From: Eledone cirrhosa
Taxonomy: Eukaryota
Direction of reading: 5' to 3'
DNA length: 64,000 nucleotides
Assembly (NCBI GenBank): GCA_964016885.1
Contig: OZ024743.1
Coordinates: forward strand, 8,866,001 to 8,930,000
In this document: positions 56,501 to 62,689 of the stretch, piece by piece
How positions within the stretch are numbered: the first letter of the stretch is position 1
Layout of the letters: each line of letters opens with the position of its first letter
Notes under the pieces: model-generated
The model's input: only the letters and a program-made list of their open reading frames with translations
What the model was told of the DNA's origin: nothing
Database searches by the model: none
Made by a program: the position numbers and the translations under genes

Positions 56501-59500
56501 ATTTGGGAAACTTTTATTTCTTCTTTGTTTTAAGAAGTTATTTAAAAAAGAAATATAGTGTATTTTCATTCTAGTGTTTACTTGTTCCTCTCTATTTATT
56601 TAATATGTCAATAACTTAATTTATCCAAATCTTATATTAAATTATTTTGCTTCTATATTAACATTTTTCTTGGTCTATTTTTACCCCCTCTTATTATTAT
56701 TATATTATTTTCTTTGCAAGTTACAATTGAATTTCTTCAATTTCACTCATCAGTTTCCTTTTTCCAAATCTTTCAGTTCAATGCCTACATTCTTTATTTA
56801 TCAAGTTCTTATTTTAGGAATTTCTCAGCATTTCAACTTTTAGACATTTCAATTGTCAACTTAAACAGGGAGGGATTTTATTTCATCATTTTTCACTGAT
56901 TGCCTTTTTACAGTAATTTATCATGTTTAATAGATAATTTAATTTCAATTTATATATTTTAAAACTATTGTTTTTCTTCTGTTGATTAAAAAGAGATCAA
57001 TGAGTCAGTGGTCATATTGATTTAAAAAAACTCTGATCATTTAATATTTAGTTTGAGTTTGAATGTTCAATCATTAGTGCTTATCATATTTTCAATTATG
57101 GAAGACTCTTTTTTATTAAATCTCTTTTAAAGATTGCTACATAAAGCTAGTTTTGCTTATTAATTAGAATACATTAAGATTATATTATTGTGTCCAGAAG
57201 AGAAACCATTGTGGTCTTAGATATAATTATTGCTGTAATTTCAACTTATCTCACCTCTTATCATGTAATATACTTGGACAGGGGGAAAAATTGTCACTCT
57301 TTTTCTGTAAATGATCCATTACAAAATTCTTTTGTGACTTAATGAGTCAAATACAACATTTTATCATTTCTCTCATCTCGAGGAAGTAAACGAAAACAAA
57401 TAAAAAGAAACCCCCAAACAAATAAAAAAACAATTCACAAATGGAAAATAAATGGTTTTTGTTATTGTTGTTAACAATTTAGATTTCATCTACATTTGAC
57501 CACATTAAAGTGTCTAAGAATATAACAAAGACATTCATTAAAATCTCCCATTCATTATTATTATGAACTCAATGGAAATATTTTGAGTTTGATTGATTCT
57601 GGTTCTTTGACATGTTAATGAAATTTTTAAATCAAAGTCATTTGAAGCTAGCTAATCATTAATAATAAGGGCTAGCTTCTTATTTAAAATATTTGATAAT
57701 TTCTCCCCTTCCCCACTCCACTTACGTAAATTGAGCAAGCTATGATTTAAAAAAAAAGGGTGAAAAAGATAGTATTATATGGTCACCATGTTTAACGATA
57801 AACAGAATGAGTGTTATTCCAACCGTAACAAGGATAATAGCAATAACAATGGGTTAGTGTTGTCTAAGGTCATGCATGGAAGTTAGCAAAGAGCAGGAGG
57901 AATGAAAATTGCAGTTACCTATGTCAAATTATTATTAGTATTATTATTGATCTTATTTTGTTGTTGTTATTATTAGTATTATTATTATTATAGGCTGGTG
58001 CAGGGTATTTTAATGTGTTCTAGAAATTTTTATAGAAAATGATTAAGAAAATAGTCTTTGATGAATTATTAATTTTTTTTTTTTTTAAATGTTTCATTTT
58101 CCCAATTGAGAAATAAGTTGAACTTCAACTTATTAATCCTGTGTATATAAGTAGGTACTTTAGCTGTTAGTGTGTGTACCTAACAATGAAACATGTCATC
58201 TTAGTAACATTAGCTAATAGTAAAACACTTAAGGAGAGTCACCTCATCTGTTAACTATCTCAGCGGTTAGTGTACCGAGTACATCAGTTGTTAGTAAACA
58301 ATTAATCATATAAAAGTTTTCAGTTGAAAATTAAATTAGAAGAAACTTCAAATTATTTTTTTTCATATATTTTCGTGACACACAGAATGTGTATATGTTC
58401 TCATATAATTTTAAACAAAAAAGCAATTAGTATATATCTTGGGATGTGGCTATTGATGTGGACTGGTGATAATTTTTTTTAAAAAGAAAATTTCTCTTTT
58501 GATCTACACTACTGGTCTTACAAATGAGCTGGTGTCTTACTGTCTTACACAGGAAAGTACCAGCTAATATAATAATAATAATAATAATAATAATTAGTTG
58601 TGGACATGTTAGACTTTGGAATTAGGAAAAGTGATTAATTGTCATTTGAAATTTGATTATAACATCTTGTCTGTCTCTTCAGTTAGCAATAGAGATGGCC
58701 AAGTTAGCCAGTAGATATTGTTTCCTTGAAGGAGGAGACAAAGATGAAAAATAGACAAGGAAAGCAGTGGGGGAAAATACCCTGAAAAAAAAATAAATGT
58801 CAGTTTATAATTCATATTCTGTGACTATTTTCTTTTTTTTTTAGTGTTCAGTCATTACTATTAGTAGGTTGGAGTTATTGTGATTTTCATGTATTCTCTT
58901 GCTCAAGGAGAATTAATGTTTTGGGTTTTACTTTTTCTTGTGCTTCTGCTTCCTCATATTGCAGCCTCAATACTTTGACAGAATCACCATGTAAATTATT
59001 TTTATATTCTATTATCGTTGTTTTCCCTCAACTTTCACTTTTTTTTTCGATTTGATTTTGTTTGAATTGTTTTTGTTTTTTTACCCTTTCTTTCTTTTTT
59101 TTTTTTAAATAATTACCAGGATTGTTTTCAGATTCTTTGCAGCAAGGGTTAATTGGTATTGTCAACATGACAAGAGAGAGTTTGAAAGAGTGAGTGAGGG
59201 GAGAAAAAAAGAAAAGAGATGTGGTTGTATTTTGATAAAGTACCTTTTAAATCTTTTTTTTTTTTTTTTTTTTTTTTTTTGCACTTTGCTTTGTATTACT
59301 GGACAGTTGAACCCAGGTGGGCTTAATATACTCTGCTGCATTACCATAAGTTGTCTTCAGTCTGCCTAGAAAGAAAGGATATAAAAAATATGATCAAAAC
59401 TATATTGATTAAGATTAATTGCATTGGTTGTATATATTGTGAAATTGGAATTTTATAGGAAAGATTTCATTATTGTCTCAGATTTTCTCTTCCTTAATTA

Positions 59501-62396
59501 AATAGTATAGGAATTGTTACAATGTTTAAAGTATACTGTTGGATGTGTGTGCATGCAGCATAGCCAGATGGTTAAGAAGTTCACTTTGAAATTGTTAGGT
59601 TTTGTTTTTGATCCCACTGCATGGCATCTTGTCAAGTCAACCAAAACTTTTTGAGTGCAAATGGGTAGATGGAGACTGTTGGGAAACCTATCGGATGGAC
59701 TGTACCTGTGAAAGGGCCAGCTTTGTCGCACACTTCATCACACTGAATTTCCCTCTATTGAACAAACAACTAGAATACATTGTTGAAACTGATTGAGGTT
59801 CATTCCATTGAATGTGCTTAATGAAGAGTGCTATGCAGTTTGTTTATCTTGGATGAACATATATCACTGTAGTAATTAAGAGAGGGAATGGGTGTTTGTG
59901 GATTAGTGGTTGTAGTGTGTTGGTGAGTGAATATTTCCCAGTCAATAGTGAACAAAGTGTTTTGAACTTACGACTAAAGATGCAATTCATATTCTTTCAG
60001 GATTTCCTTAATATGAAAATATACTAAAGCTTATTGAATAAATATCTTTATAATTAAATAATAATTAGATATTTGTTTCTTGCCTTTTTAGCTTACCTTG
60101 TCTTTATCTCTTTTTTAGAAAAGGCGTGGCAGGAACAGCATGAGGCAACTGAGGATCACTGCATGCATGGTAGGCTGTGTCGGAACCGTGGAGCTTGTAC
60201 AGGTTTTGTTCATCTCTTCATCAGCTAAAACATATAACAACATTTTATGGTTTAATTTGCTTAGAACATTTATTAATGAATAAAACAGTTTTTCTTATGC
60301 TTAATGAGCAATCAGAGATATGAGGGGACATAGATAAGGTACACATACAATCTGAATTAAGATATCATTGTCTGAAGGAATTAATTTATCGCTGAGTTTT
60401 TACTATTTTTAAAGATTTTATTTAAAGATATTTTGTAATCTACAATGATTACGTAAGGACCTTAGATTTAATTGTATGACTACATGTGCATGTATGTGGA
60501 GGGAGAGAGCTGATATTGTTTCATAGTCTATGAAGTTTATGGCTACTCCAAATATTTCAATAATTATTAGTTTGGATATCTGATTAAAAGAATTTCTATT
60601 GGATATATCTTTCTAACAAATTATATACGCACTTAGGAATTTTAAGCAAAAATAATTTCATTAACATAAGTTGAAGTTGTGTAGTAGATGTAGTACTATT
60701 AATAAGTAGTAGTAGTAGTAGTAGTAGTAATAATGATGATAATGATGCTAATTTTATGAATATTACCAAATGAAAAACTAAATTTTTCCACCTTTTCTTC
60801 AGTTGGAAGTCGGTGTTATTTTATGCATCTCCTATGTGGGAGTATTATAACCCTAATGTCAGTTTTGGAAGCAGTTATTGCTCGTCACTCATATCAAATG
60901 CACCTCAGGTAGGTAGCAAAATTACTTCTATAAACTATCAACTATTATCTATTTTTATTCAATATTTATTTCTGATGTTGAATAATTTAGCCCCCCCCTC
61001 CCCATTTTTGACATTTTATGCAGTAATTTTTATTTGCCATGAGTTTTATTTTTTTTTTCATTTTTTTCTCTTTCTTTCAGATTTGATTGTGAAAGAAGGT
61101 TGATTGAAATAATGAAAGTCTGTTCAGAATGTAATGTTGTATGACTGAATTGTTGATATCATTACTCGTTGAATGAGAATATCATATTATAAATGAAAAT
61201 AGTTAATAATATAATGATGTTAGTCTAACTAGTAACTGCTTAGATAATGCTGCAGAGATCATATACAAGCTACTTTCTGATTGTCTTTAGTTCAGATGTT
61301 ATCTGAAATATATTTTAAAATAATTTTTCATCCTCATCATTCTTATAGCTGTTGTCATCATTTTAACAAAACTGGTTTGGATGAGATTGGTATATAATGC
61401 AATGTCCCCAAAGTTTAAGTTTAATGCTACAAATTATAGTTTACTTATCCATTCACAAAACTTGACAGTTTAAAATTGACTATATTTATATATTTTCTCT
61501 TTTAAAGTAAAGCCGAGTCTTCCATTCGAGTTGTACGGATTCAACTTAACAATGGCGAGCGTGTTGTTGGTATCCGTTACCCAGAACGTCTCATTGGTGA
61601 GGTTGAGAAAGTTCTTAGAGAACATCAGCTTGTCAATCAGTTGCAGATGATGAATAATAATGTAAGTATATATTGCTATATAAGTTGCCTTATTTTCTAA
61701 TGAATTTTATTTTTCTGTTGTCTTACTGTATATTTTTGTTTTTGTGCTCGATTTTCTGTTGAATTCTATTTTTGTTTTATATTCCAGTCAACGATGCAGT
61801 CCAATGACACCGTTATACCAAATTTTAATTCTTCATCAAACAAGTTGATCATTGAAGCTGCCTCTCCAGTGATTCCCAAATACGTTAACAAGGCATTCAC
61901 TCCACCATTTAACATGAACTCATATTTAAAGTCTGGTGCACGTAGTCACACGATGCCATCTTCAATAGGCAGAACTACTTGCAAAGTGAGACAGATGGAA
62001 CAAAATCATCTGGTCAATGATTCCAATAATCAGCTTATGCCATATAATAGTGCACCAGCACAACATTCCCTATCCATTGCTAGCAGTACTACAAGTAATA
62101 ATTTCAATAAAGGGGTGTCTTGTAGCGCTATTTGCAGCAGCAGTGAGAGTGGTATTGCTAGTAATGCTTACAAAGTAAATATGTCCCGAAAACGGCGCAT
62201 GAACAACTATTACAGTGATAATTGCATTGATATGAATCGCAATTGCAAGCAACAAACTCTTGTGTCTCTCTTTACTAAAAATCGGCTGGAGGCTCCACTA
62301 GTAACTTGCCAGAAGTGTCCAGTATGTAACATGAATTTTGAGTTGGGCACTAGTAATGATCAGATCAATTCTCATGTTGATAACTGTCTTTTGTAA
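1..62396 (+). CDS. SBNO: Strawberry notch (SBNO/Sno) family SF2 helicase-like protein, divergent paralogue; spliced, 31 exons in window, 5' end upstream of window
   Basis: Exons join in frame via GT-AG introns to give [35 protein letters not shown] (Walker A)..FDECHKAKN (DExH)..[119 protein letters not shown], all hallmark Sno motifs. About 1174 codons, stop TAA at 62394-62396. Confidence 0.95.
521..628 (+). CDS. SBNO: SBNO-like exon: [21 protein letters not shown]
   Basis: tttgtag acceptor, gtaagt donor, 108 nt. Confidence 0.92.
1212..1427. mobile_element. piggyBac-like MITE family A (~215 bp)
   Basis: TTAA-CCCTTTAGCATTT...AAATGCTAAAGGA-TTAA; homologous copies at 3291, 12659, 35959. Confidence 0.8.
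1485..1571 (+). CDS. SBNO: SBNO-like exon: [16 protein letters not shown] (Walker A)
   Basis: tgtag acceptor, gtgagt donor, 87 nt. Confidence 0.95.
2297..2843 (-). mobile_element. CR1/L2-group LINE, 5'-truncated 3' fragment
   Basis: Minus frame [38 protein letters not shown] is a CR1-type ORF2 C-terminus; (ATT)n tail. Confidence 0.85.
3291..3493. mobile_element. piggyBac-like MITE family A, inserted at a TTAA inside a SINE
   Basis: TIRs plus TTAA duplication; flanks rejoin to gagaattacattaagggtaca as in the uninterrupted SINE near 10440. Confidence 0.8.
3671..3762 (+). CDS. SBNO: SBNO-like exon: [17 protein letters not shown]
   Basis: ccag acceptor, gtaaga donor. Confidence 0.93.
5035..5290 (-). 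mobile_element. Degenerate RTE LINE 3' fragment
   Basis: Minus-strand remnants of WRWIG..AMDW..GKRRP C-terminal motif. Confidence 0.5.
5836..5904 (+). CDS. SBNO: SBNO-like exon: [15 protein letters not shown]..
   Basis: ccag acceptor, gtaaat donor, phase 2-2. Confidence 0.92.
6110..6192 (+). CDS. SBNO: SBNO-like exon: [17 protein letters not shown]
   Basis: gcag acceptor, gtaagt donor. Confidence 0.92.
7297..7412 (+). CDS. SBNO: SBNO-like exon: ..[24 protein letters not shown] (Walker B/DExH)
   Basis: ttgcag acceptor, gtaggt donor. Confidence 0.93.
7703..7758. repeat. (TA)n(TG)n microsatellite
   Basis: Directly visible; other (TA)n tracts near 18625, 18996, 37325, 37810, 39889, 40268, 62631. 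Confidence 0.95.
8046..8165 (+). mobile_element. tRNA-derived CORE-like SINE (5' part)
   Basis: A/B boxes (tgactgagtgg..ggttcgattcc) followed by tccttgagcaagacactttatttcacattgctcc, same family as 21847 and 45309. Confidence 0.75.
8190..8640 (-). mobile_element. Degenerate RTE LINE 3' fragment
   Basis: Minus frame [20 protein letters not shown], an RTE ORF C-terminal motif. Confidence 0.7.
8664..8760. repeat. 20-bp AT-rich minisatellite (~5 copies)
   Basis: tatatatta(t/c)tgatatatg repeated. Confidence 0.85.
9704..9788. mobile_element. Tiny Tc1/mariner-like MITE
   Basis: Perfect 14-bp inverted ends TACCATATATACTC / GAGTATATATGGTA (including TA). Confidence 0.6.
10059..10111 (+). CDS. SBNO: SBNO-like exon: [18 protein letters not shown]
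   Basis: tgtag acceptor, gtaaat donor. Confidence 0.9.
10213..10560 (+). mobile_element. tRNA-derived SINE
   Basis: tggttaaggagtttgcttcacaatc..ggttcaaacccact..ttggcaagtg; homologous to 130, 3055, 40935 and 59545. Confidence 0.7.
11100..11163 (+). CDS. SBNO: SBNO-like exon: [21 protein letters not shown] (motif III)
   Basis: ttcag acceptor, gtaaga donor. Confidence 0.93.
11953..12043 (+). CDS. SBNO: SBNO-like exon: [15 protein letters not shown]..
   Basis: tttag acceptor, gtaaat donor. Confidence 0.93.
12659..12873. mobile_element. piggyBac-like MITE family A
   Basis: TTAACCCTGTAG...GCTAAAGGGTTAA; internal sequence homologous to 1212-1427. Confidence 0.8.
12991..13070 (+). CDS. SBNO: SBNO-like exon: [23 protein letters not shown]
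   Basis: acag acceptor, gtaaat donor. Confidence 0.93.
13239..13447. mobile_element. Foldback/MITE-like element with ~60-bp imperfect inverted arms
   Basis: agagacgaacacggatatatataactatgtgttcaaataacaaggga.. pairs with ..tcccttgtgatttgaacacatttagttatatatctgaattcgtctct. Confidence 0.65.
14330..14397 (+). CDS. SBNO: SBNO-like exon: [17 protein letters not shown]
   Basis: gacag acceptor, gtatat donor. Confidence 0.9.
14639..16698 (+). mobile_element. RTE-clade LINE, 5'-truncated and inactivated (RT + PHD-like finger + C-terminus + 3'UTR VNTR)
   Basis: [38 protein letters not shown] (one Asp of YADD deleted); frameshifts near 15470 and 15610; [14 protein letters not shown]; (TGA)n tail. Confidence 0.93.
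16096..16545 (+). repeat. 49-bp tandem repeat, ~9 copies, within the RTE 3'UTR
   Basis: ccacggcaaaaaagcccccagcccacactgtaaagtggtcgtggaggtg starting at 16115, 16164, 16213, 16262, 16311, 16360, 16409, 16458, 16507. Confidence 0.95.
16883..17079. repeat. 98-bp direct tandem duplication
   Basis: tatcaccactttacagagtg..cttctttt at 16883 and 16981, nearly identical. Confidence 0.9.
17899..18009 (+). CDS. SBNO: SBNO-like exon: [20 protein letters not shown]
   Basis: ttcag acceptor, gtatgt donor. Confidence 0.93.
18883..18976 (+). CDS. SBNO: SBNO-like exon: [17 protein letters not shown]
   Basis: ttcag acceptor, gtaaga donor. Confidence 0.93.
20062..21312 (-). mobile_element. RTE-clade LINE, 5'-truncated
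   Basis: Minus ORFs 20864-21238 (C4HC3 finger, FRYLG) and 20459-20857 (LRWYGHV..GRPRKSW); (CAT)n tail at 20062. Confidence 0.92.
21847..22179 (+). mobile_element. Full-length tRNA/CORE-like SINE with RTE-derived 3' tail
   Basis: tRNA-like head, CORE-like tccttgagcaagacac..cagctgtagaaatgag, one 49-bp unit plus RTE 3'UTR, (TGA)n; nearly identical to 45309-45658. Confidence 0.85.
22358..22409. repeat. 18-bp tandem repeat x3
   Basis: atgattcacataacttac. Confidence 0.85.
22714..22833 (+). CDS. SBNO: SBNO-like exon: [20 protein letters not shown]
   Basis: tttag acceptor, gtaagc donor, 120 nt. Confidence 0.9.
23284..23372 (+). CDS. SBNO: SBNO-like exon: [17 protein letters not shown]
   Basis: tacag acceptor, gtatag donor. 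Confidence 0.88.
23391..23542. mobile_element. Tc1/mariner (Tc2/pogo-like) MITE
   Basis: TA-CCATATTTCCCAGTGTCGAAGACAC vs reverse complement TA-CTGTATTTCCCGATGCCGAAGACGC. Confidence 0.7.
24050..24870. mobile_element. Degenerate RTE-like LINE fragments in opposite orientations
   Basis: Plus 24653+: [13 protein letters not shown] (RT); minus 24050-24420 resembles a decayed ORF C-terminus. Confidence 0.55.
25094..25265 (+). CDS. SBNO: SBNO-like exon: [25 protein letters not shown]
   Basis: tacag acceptor, gtgatt donor. Confidence 0.93.
26932..27058. repeat. Imperfect ~25-bp inverted repeat (MITE-like)
   Basis: acatcatgaaagagtcattttaacca / tgactaaaatgactcttctatgatgt. Confidence 0.55.
27139..27199 (+). 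CDS. SBNO: SBNO-like exon: [20 protein letters not shown]
   Basis: ttcag acceptor, gtgaga donor. Confidence 0.93.
28609..28738 (+). CDS. SBNO: SBNO-like exon: [28 protein letters not shown] (helicase motifs V/VI)
   Basis: tgtag acceptor, gtgagt donor. Confidence 0.95.
29285..29531. mobile_element. piggyBac-like MITE family B
   Basis: TTAACCTTTT...CAAAAGGGTTAA; related copies near 1940-2177, 4400-4647, 9657, 19630, 35377, 35802. Confidence 0.65.
29601..29686 (+). CDS. SBNO: SBNO-like exon: [23 protein letters not shown]
   Basis: ttcag acceptor, gtaaat donor. Confidence 0.94.
29800..30130 (+). mobile_element. Degenerate RTE LINE 3' fragment
   Basis: [26 protein letters not shown] homologous to the 15618 ORF. 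Confidence 0.65.
30722..30837 (+). CDS. SBNO: SBNO-like exon: [17 protein letters not shown]..
   Basis: gatag acceptor, gtgagt donor. Confidence 0.94.
30959..31039 (+). CDS. SBNO: SBNO-like exon: SELVPGI..FHKILQ
   Basis: tgcag acceptor, gtttgt donor, 81 nt. Confidence 0.85.
31737..31871 (+). CDS. SBNO: SBNO-like exon: [24 protein letters not shown]
   Basis: ccag acceptor, gtaatt donor. Confidence 0.93.
32822..32883 (+). CDS. SBNO: SBNO-like exon: IFNYF..AKREGK
   Basis: ccag acceptor, gtaagt donor. Confidence 0.92.
33200..33540 (+). mobile_element. RTE 3'UTR fragment with ~4 diverged 49-bp units
   Basis: aaaagcacccagcccacactgtaaagtggtcg repeats, then gttaggaagggcatccag..cccatgctagcgtggaa..(TGA)n. 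Confidence 0.8.
33766..33867 (+). CDS. SBNO: SBNO-like exon: YNEGLLDI..
   Basis: ttcag acceptor, gtaagt donor. Confidence 0.92.
35802..36245. mobile_element. piggyBac-like MITE B with MITE A (35959-36174, reversed) nested at TTAA
   Basis: Outer TTAACCCTTTTG..AAAAGGGTTAA; inner TTAACCATTTAGCATTT..AAATGCTAAAGGGTTAA. Confidence 0.75.
36406..36588 (+). CDS. SBNO: SBNO-like exon: [21 protein letters not shown]
   Basis: tttag acceptor, gtttgt donor. Confidence 0.92.
39098..39504 (+). mobile_element. Head-to-tail dimer of a ~200-bp tRNA-derived SINE (Meta-domain-like core)
   Basis: Two copies of ggattggcagtatcggtagag..gttcaaatccc..gcctttcatcc..ggtcgataaaataaagtacc..tagaaacaattatt; a third copy at 39998-40181. 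Confidence 0.8.
40185..40267. repeat. Perfect 39-bp inverted repeat with 5-nt loop
   Basis: 40185-40223 is the exact reverse complement of 40229-40267; loop ataaa. Confidence 0.95.
40935..41100 (+). mobile_element. tRNA-derived SINE
   Basis: ggcatggttgtgtggtcaagg..ttcagttccact..ccttgggcaaatgtcttctactat. Confidence 0.7.
41585..41667 (+). CDS. SBNO: SBNO-like exon: [12 protein letters not shown]
   Basis: tcag acceptor, gtaaat donor; completes conserved RPNTG. Confidence 0.92.
43100..44000 (-). mobile_element. Highly decayed RTE-like RT remnant
   Basis: Minus frame [14 protein letters not shown] resembles the RT motif GVRQGCVLSP. Confidence 0.45.
44191..45301 (-). mobile_element. RTE-clade LINE, 5'-truncated; close relative of 14639-16698
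   Basis: ORF 44404-44907 differs from ORF 15618-16001 at 12 of 127 aa; two 49-bp units; (CAT)n tail. Confidence 0.93.
45309..45658 (+). mobile_element. Full-length tRNA/CORE-like SINE with RTE tail
   Basis: Nearly identical to 21847-22179. Confidence 0.85.
46290..46990 (-). mobile_element. Degenerate, internally deleted RTE LINE
   Basis: Minus remnants of [29 protein letters not shown] and LRWY. Confidence 0.65.
47090..48470 (+). mobile_element. Older RTE LINE copy (RT region, many stops and frameshifts)
   Basis: [22 protein letters not shown]; FVDLEKAF; PHD-like CLVC..CLKC..HRRC. Confidence 0.88.
49385..49990 (-). mobile_element. Deleted RTE LINE fragment
   Basis: [26 protein letters not shown] plus RTE 3'UTR and (CAT)n. 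Confidence 0.75.
49991..50155 (-). mobile_element. tRNA-derived SINE (left boundary of the repeat-free block)
   Basis: Reverse complement of caggcatggctgtgtggttcagaag..ccttgggcaagtgtc. Confidence 0.7.
50190..50195 (-). terminator. Candidate polyadenylation signal (AATAAA) of the antisense transcript
   Basis: Plus-strand tttatt at the edge of the repeat-free block, about 35 bp from the flanking SINE. Confidence 0.4.
53294..57234 (-). promoter_or_regulatory. Cluster of 9 miR-137 seed-match sites (AGCAATA/AGCAATAA)
   Basis: Plus-strand TTATTGCT at 53294, 54667, 54926, 55697, 55721, 56089, 57227 and TATTGCT at 56145, 56397. Confidence 0.6.
59545..59795 (+). mobile_element. tRNA-derived SINE (right boundary of the repeat-free block)
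   Basis: tggttaagaagttcactttg..gatcccactgcatggcatcttg; homologous to 10213-10560. Confidence 0.7.
60119..60202 (+). CDS. SBNO: SBNO-like exon: [19 protein letters not shown]
   Basis: tttag acceptor, gttttg donor; Sno C-terminal Cys/His cluster; phase matches across the 18.4-kb intron. Confidence 0.9.
60803..60908 (+). CDS. SBNO: SBNO-like exon: VGSRCY..LLCGSII..
   Basis: ttcag acceptor, gtaggt donor. Confidence 0.9.
61508..61661 (+). CDS. SBNO: SBNO-like exon: ..[20 protein letters not shown]..
   Basis: aag acceptor, gtaagt donor; matches the Sno C-terminal 'RL..G.RIVG' motif. Confidence 0.9.
61788..62396 (+). CDS. SBNO: SBNO-like last coding exon: low-complexity tail, NLS, PIP-like box, UBZ-type C2HC zinc finger
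   Basis: ttccag acceptor, 609-nt open frame ending [26 protein letters not shown]-stop. Confidence 0.88.
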   Translation, partial: STMQSNDTVIPNFNSSSNKLIIEAASPVIPKYVNKAFTPPFNMNSYLKSGARSHTMPSSIGRTTCKVRQMEQNHLVNDSNNQLMPYNSAPAQHSLSIASSTTSNNFNKGVSCSAICSSSESGIASNAYKVNMSRKRRMNNYYSDNCIDMNRNCKQQTLVSLFTKNRLEAPLVTCQKCPVCNMNFELGTSNDQINSHVDNCLL

Positions 62397-62622
62397 CAGG
62401 CAACCACAACTAACTCATTTTTTTTAAGTTATTCAAAAATTGAGAGAAAAAACAATGAAAAAAAGAAGGAATGGCACATTTTTGTTGATTTTAGTATTGA
62501 AGGATACATACGTAAATAAACATAACACTTATATAACATTAAATACTAATTTAAATTAAAGTCTTTGCTGTTGTTTCTTTATTTTTGTATTTTGTTGCTT
62601 TTCTTCACCTTGATACTGCTGA

Positions 62623-62689
<67 letters not shown>

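Larger units (their letters stand above)
50172..59365 (-). other. Putative ~9.2-kb terminal exon (3'UTR or lncRNA) of a convergent antisense gene, nested in the SBNO intron
   Basis: No recognisable TEs between flanking SINEs; minus-strand acceptor tttttatatcctttctttctAG|gcag at 59366/59365; minus AATAAA at 50195-50190 with upstream UGUA and downstream GU-rich bases; strand-specific miR-137 site cluster. Confidence 0.55.

Noticed and set aside
58527-58565. Hairpin agctggtgtcttactgt/acaggaaagtaccagct as a miRNA precursor
   Set aside because: Only about 17 bp of stem with mismatches, too short for a pre-miRNA, and no match to a mature miRNA I know.
60090-60100. Minus-strand donor (AAG|GTAAGC) for the putative antisense gene
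   Set aside because: Equally explained as the branch point and pyrimidine tract of the SBNO acceptor at 60118; no supporting upstream exon identified.
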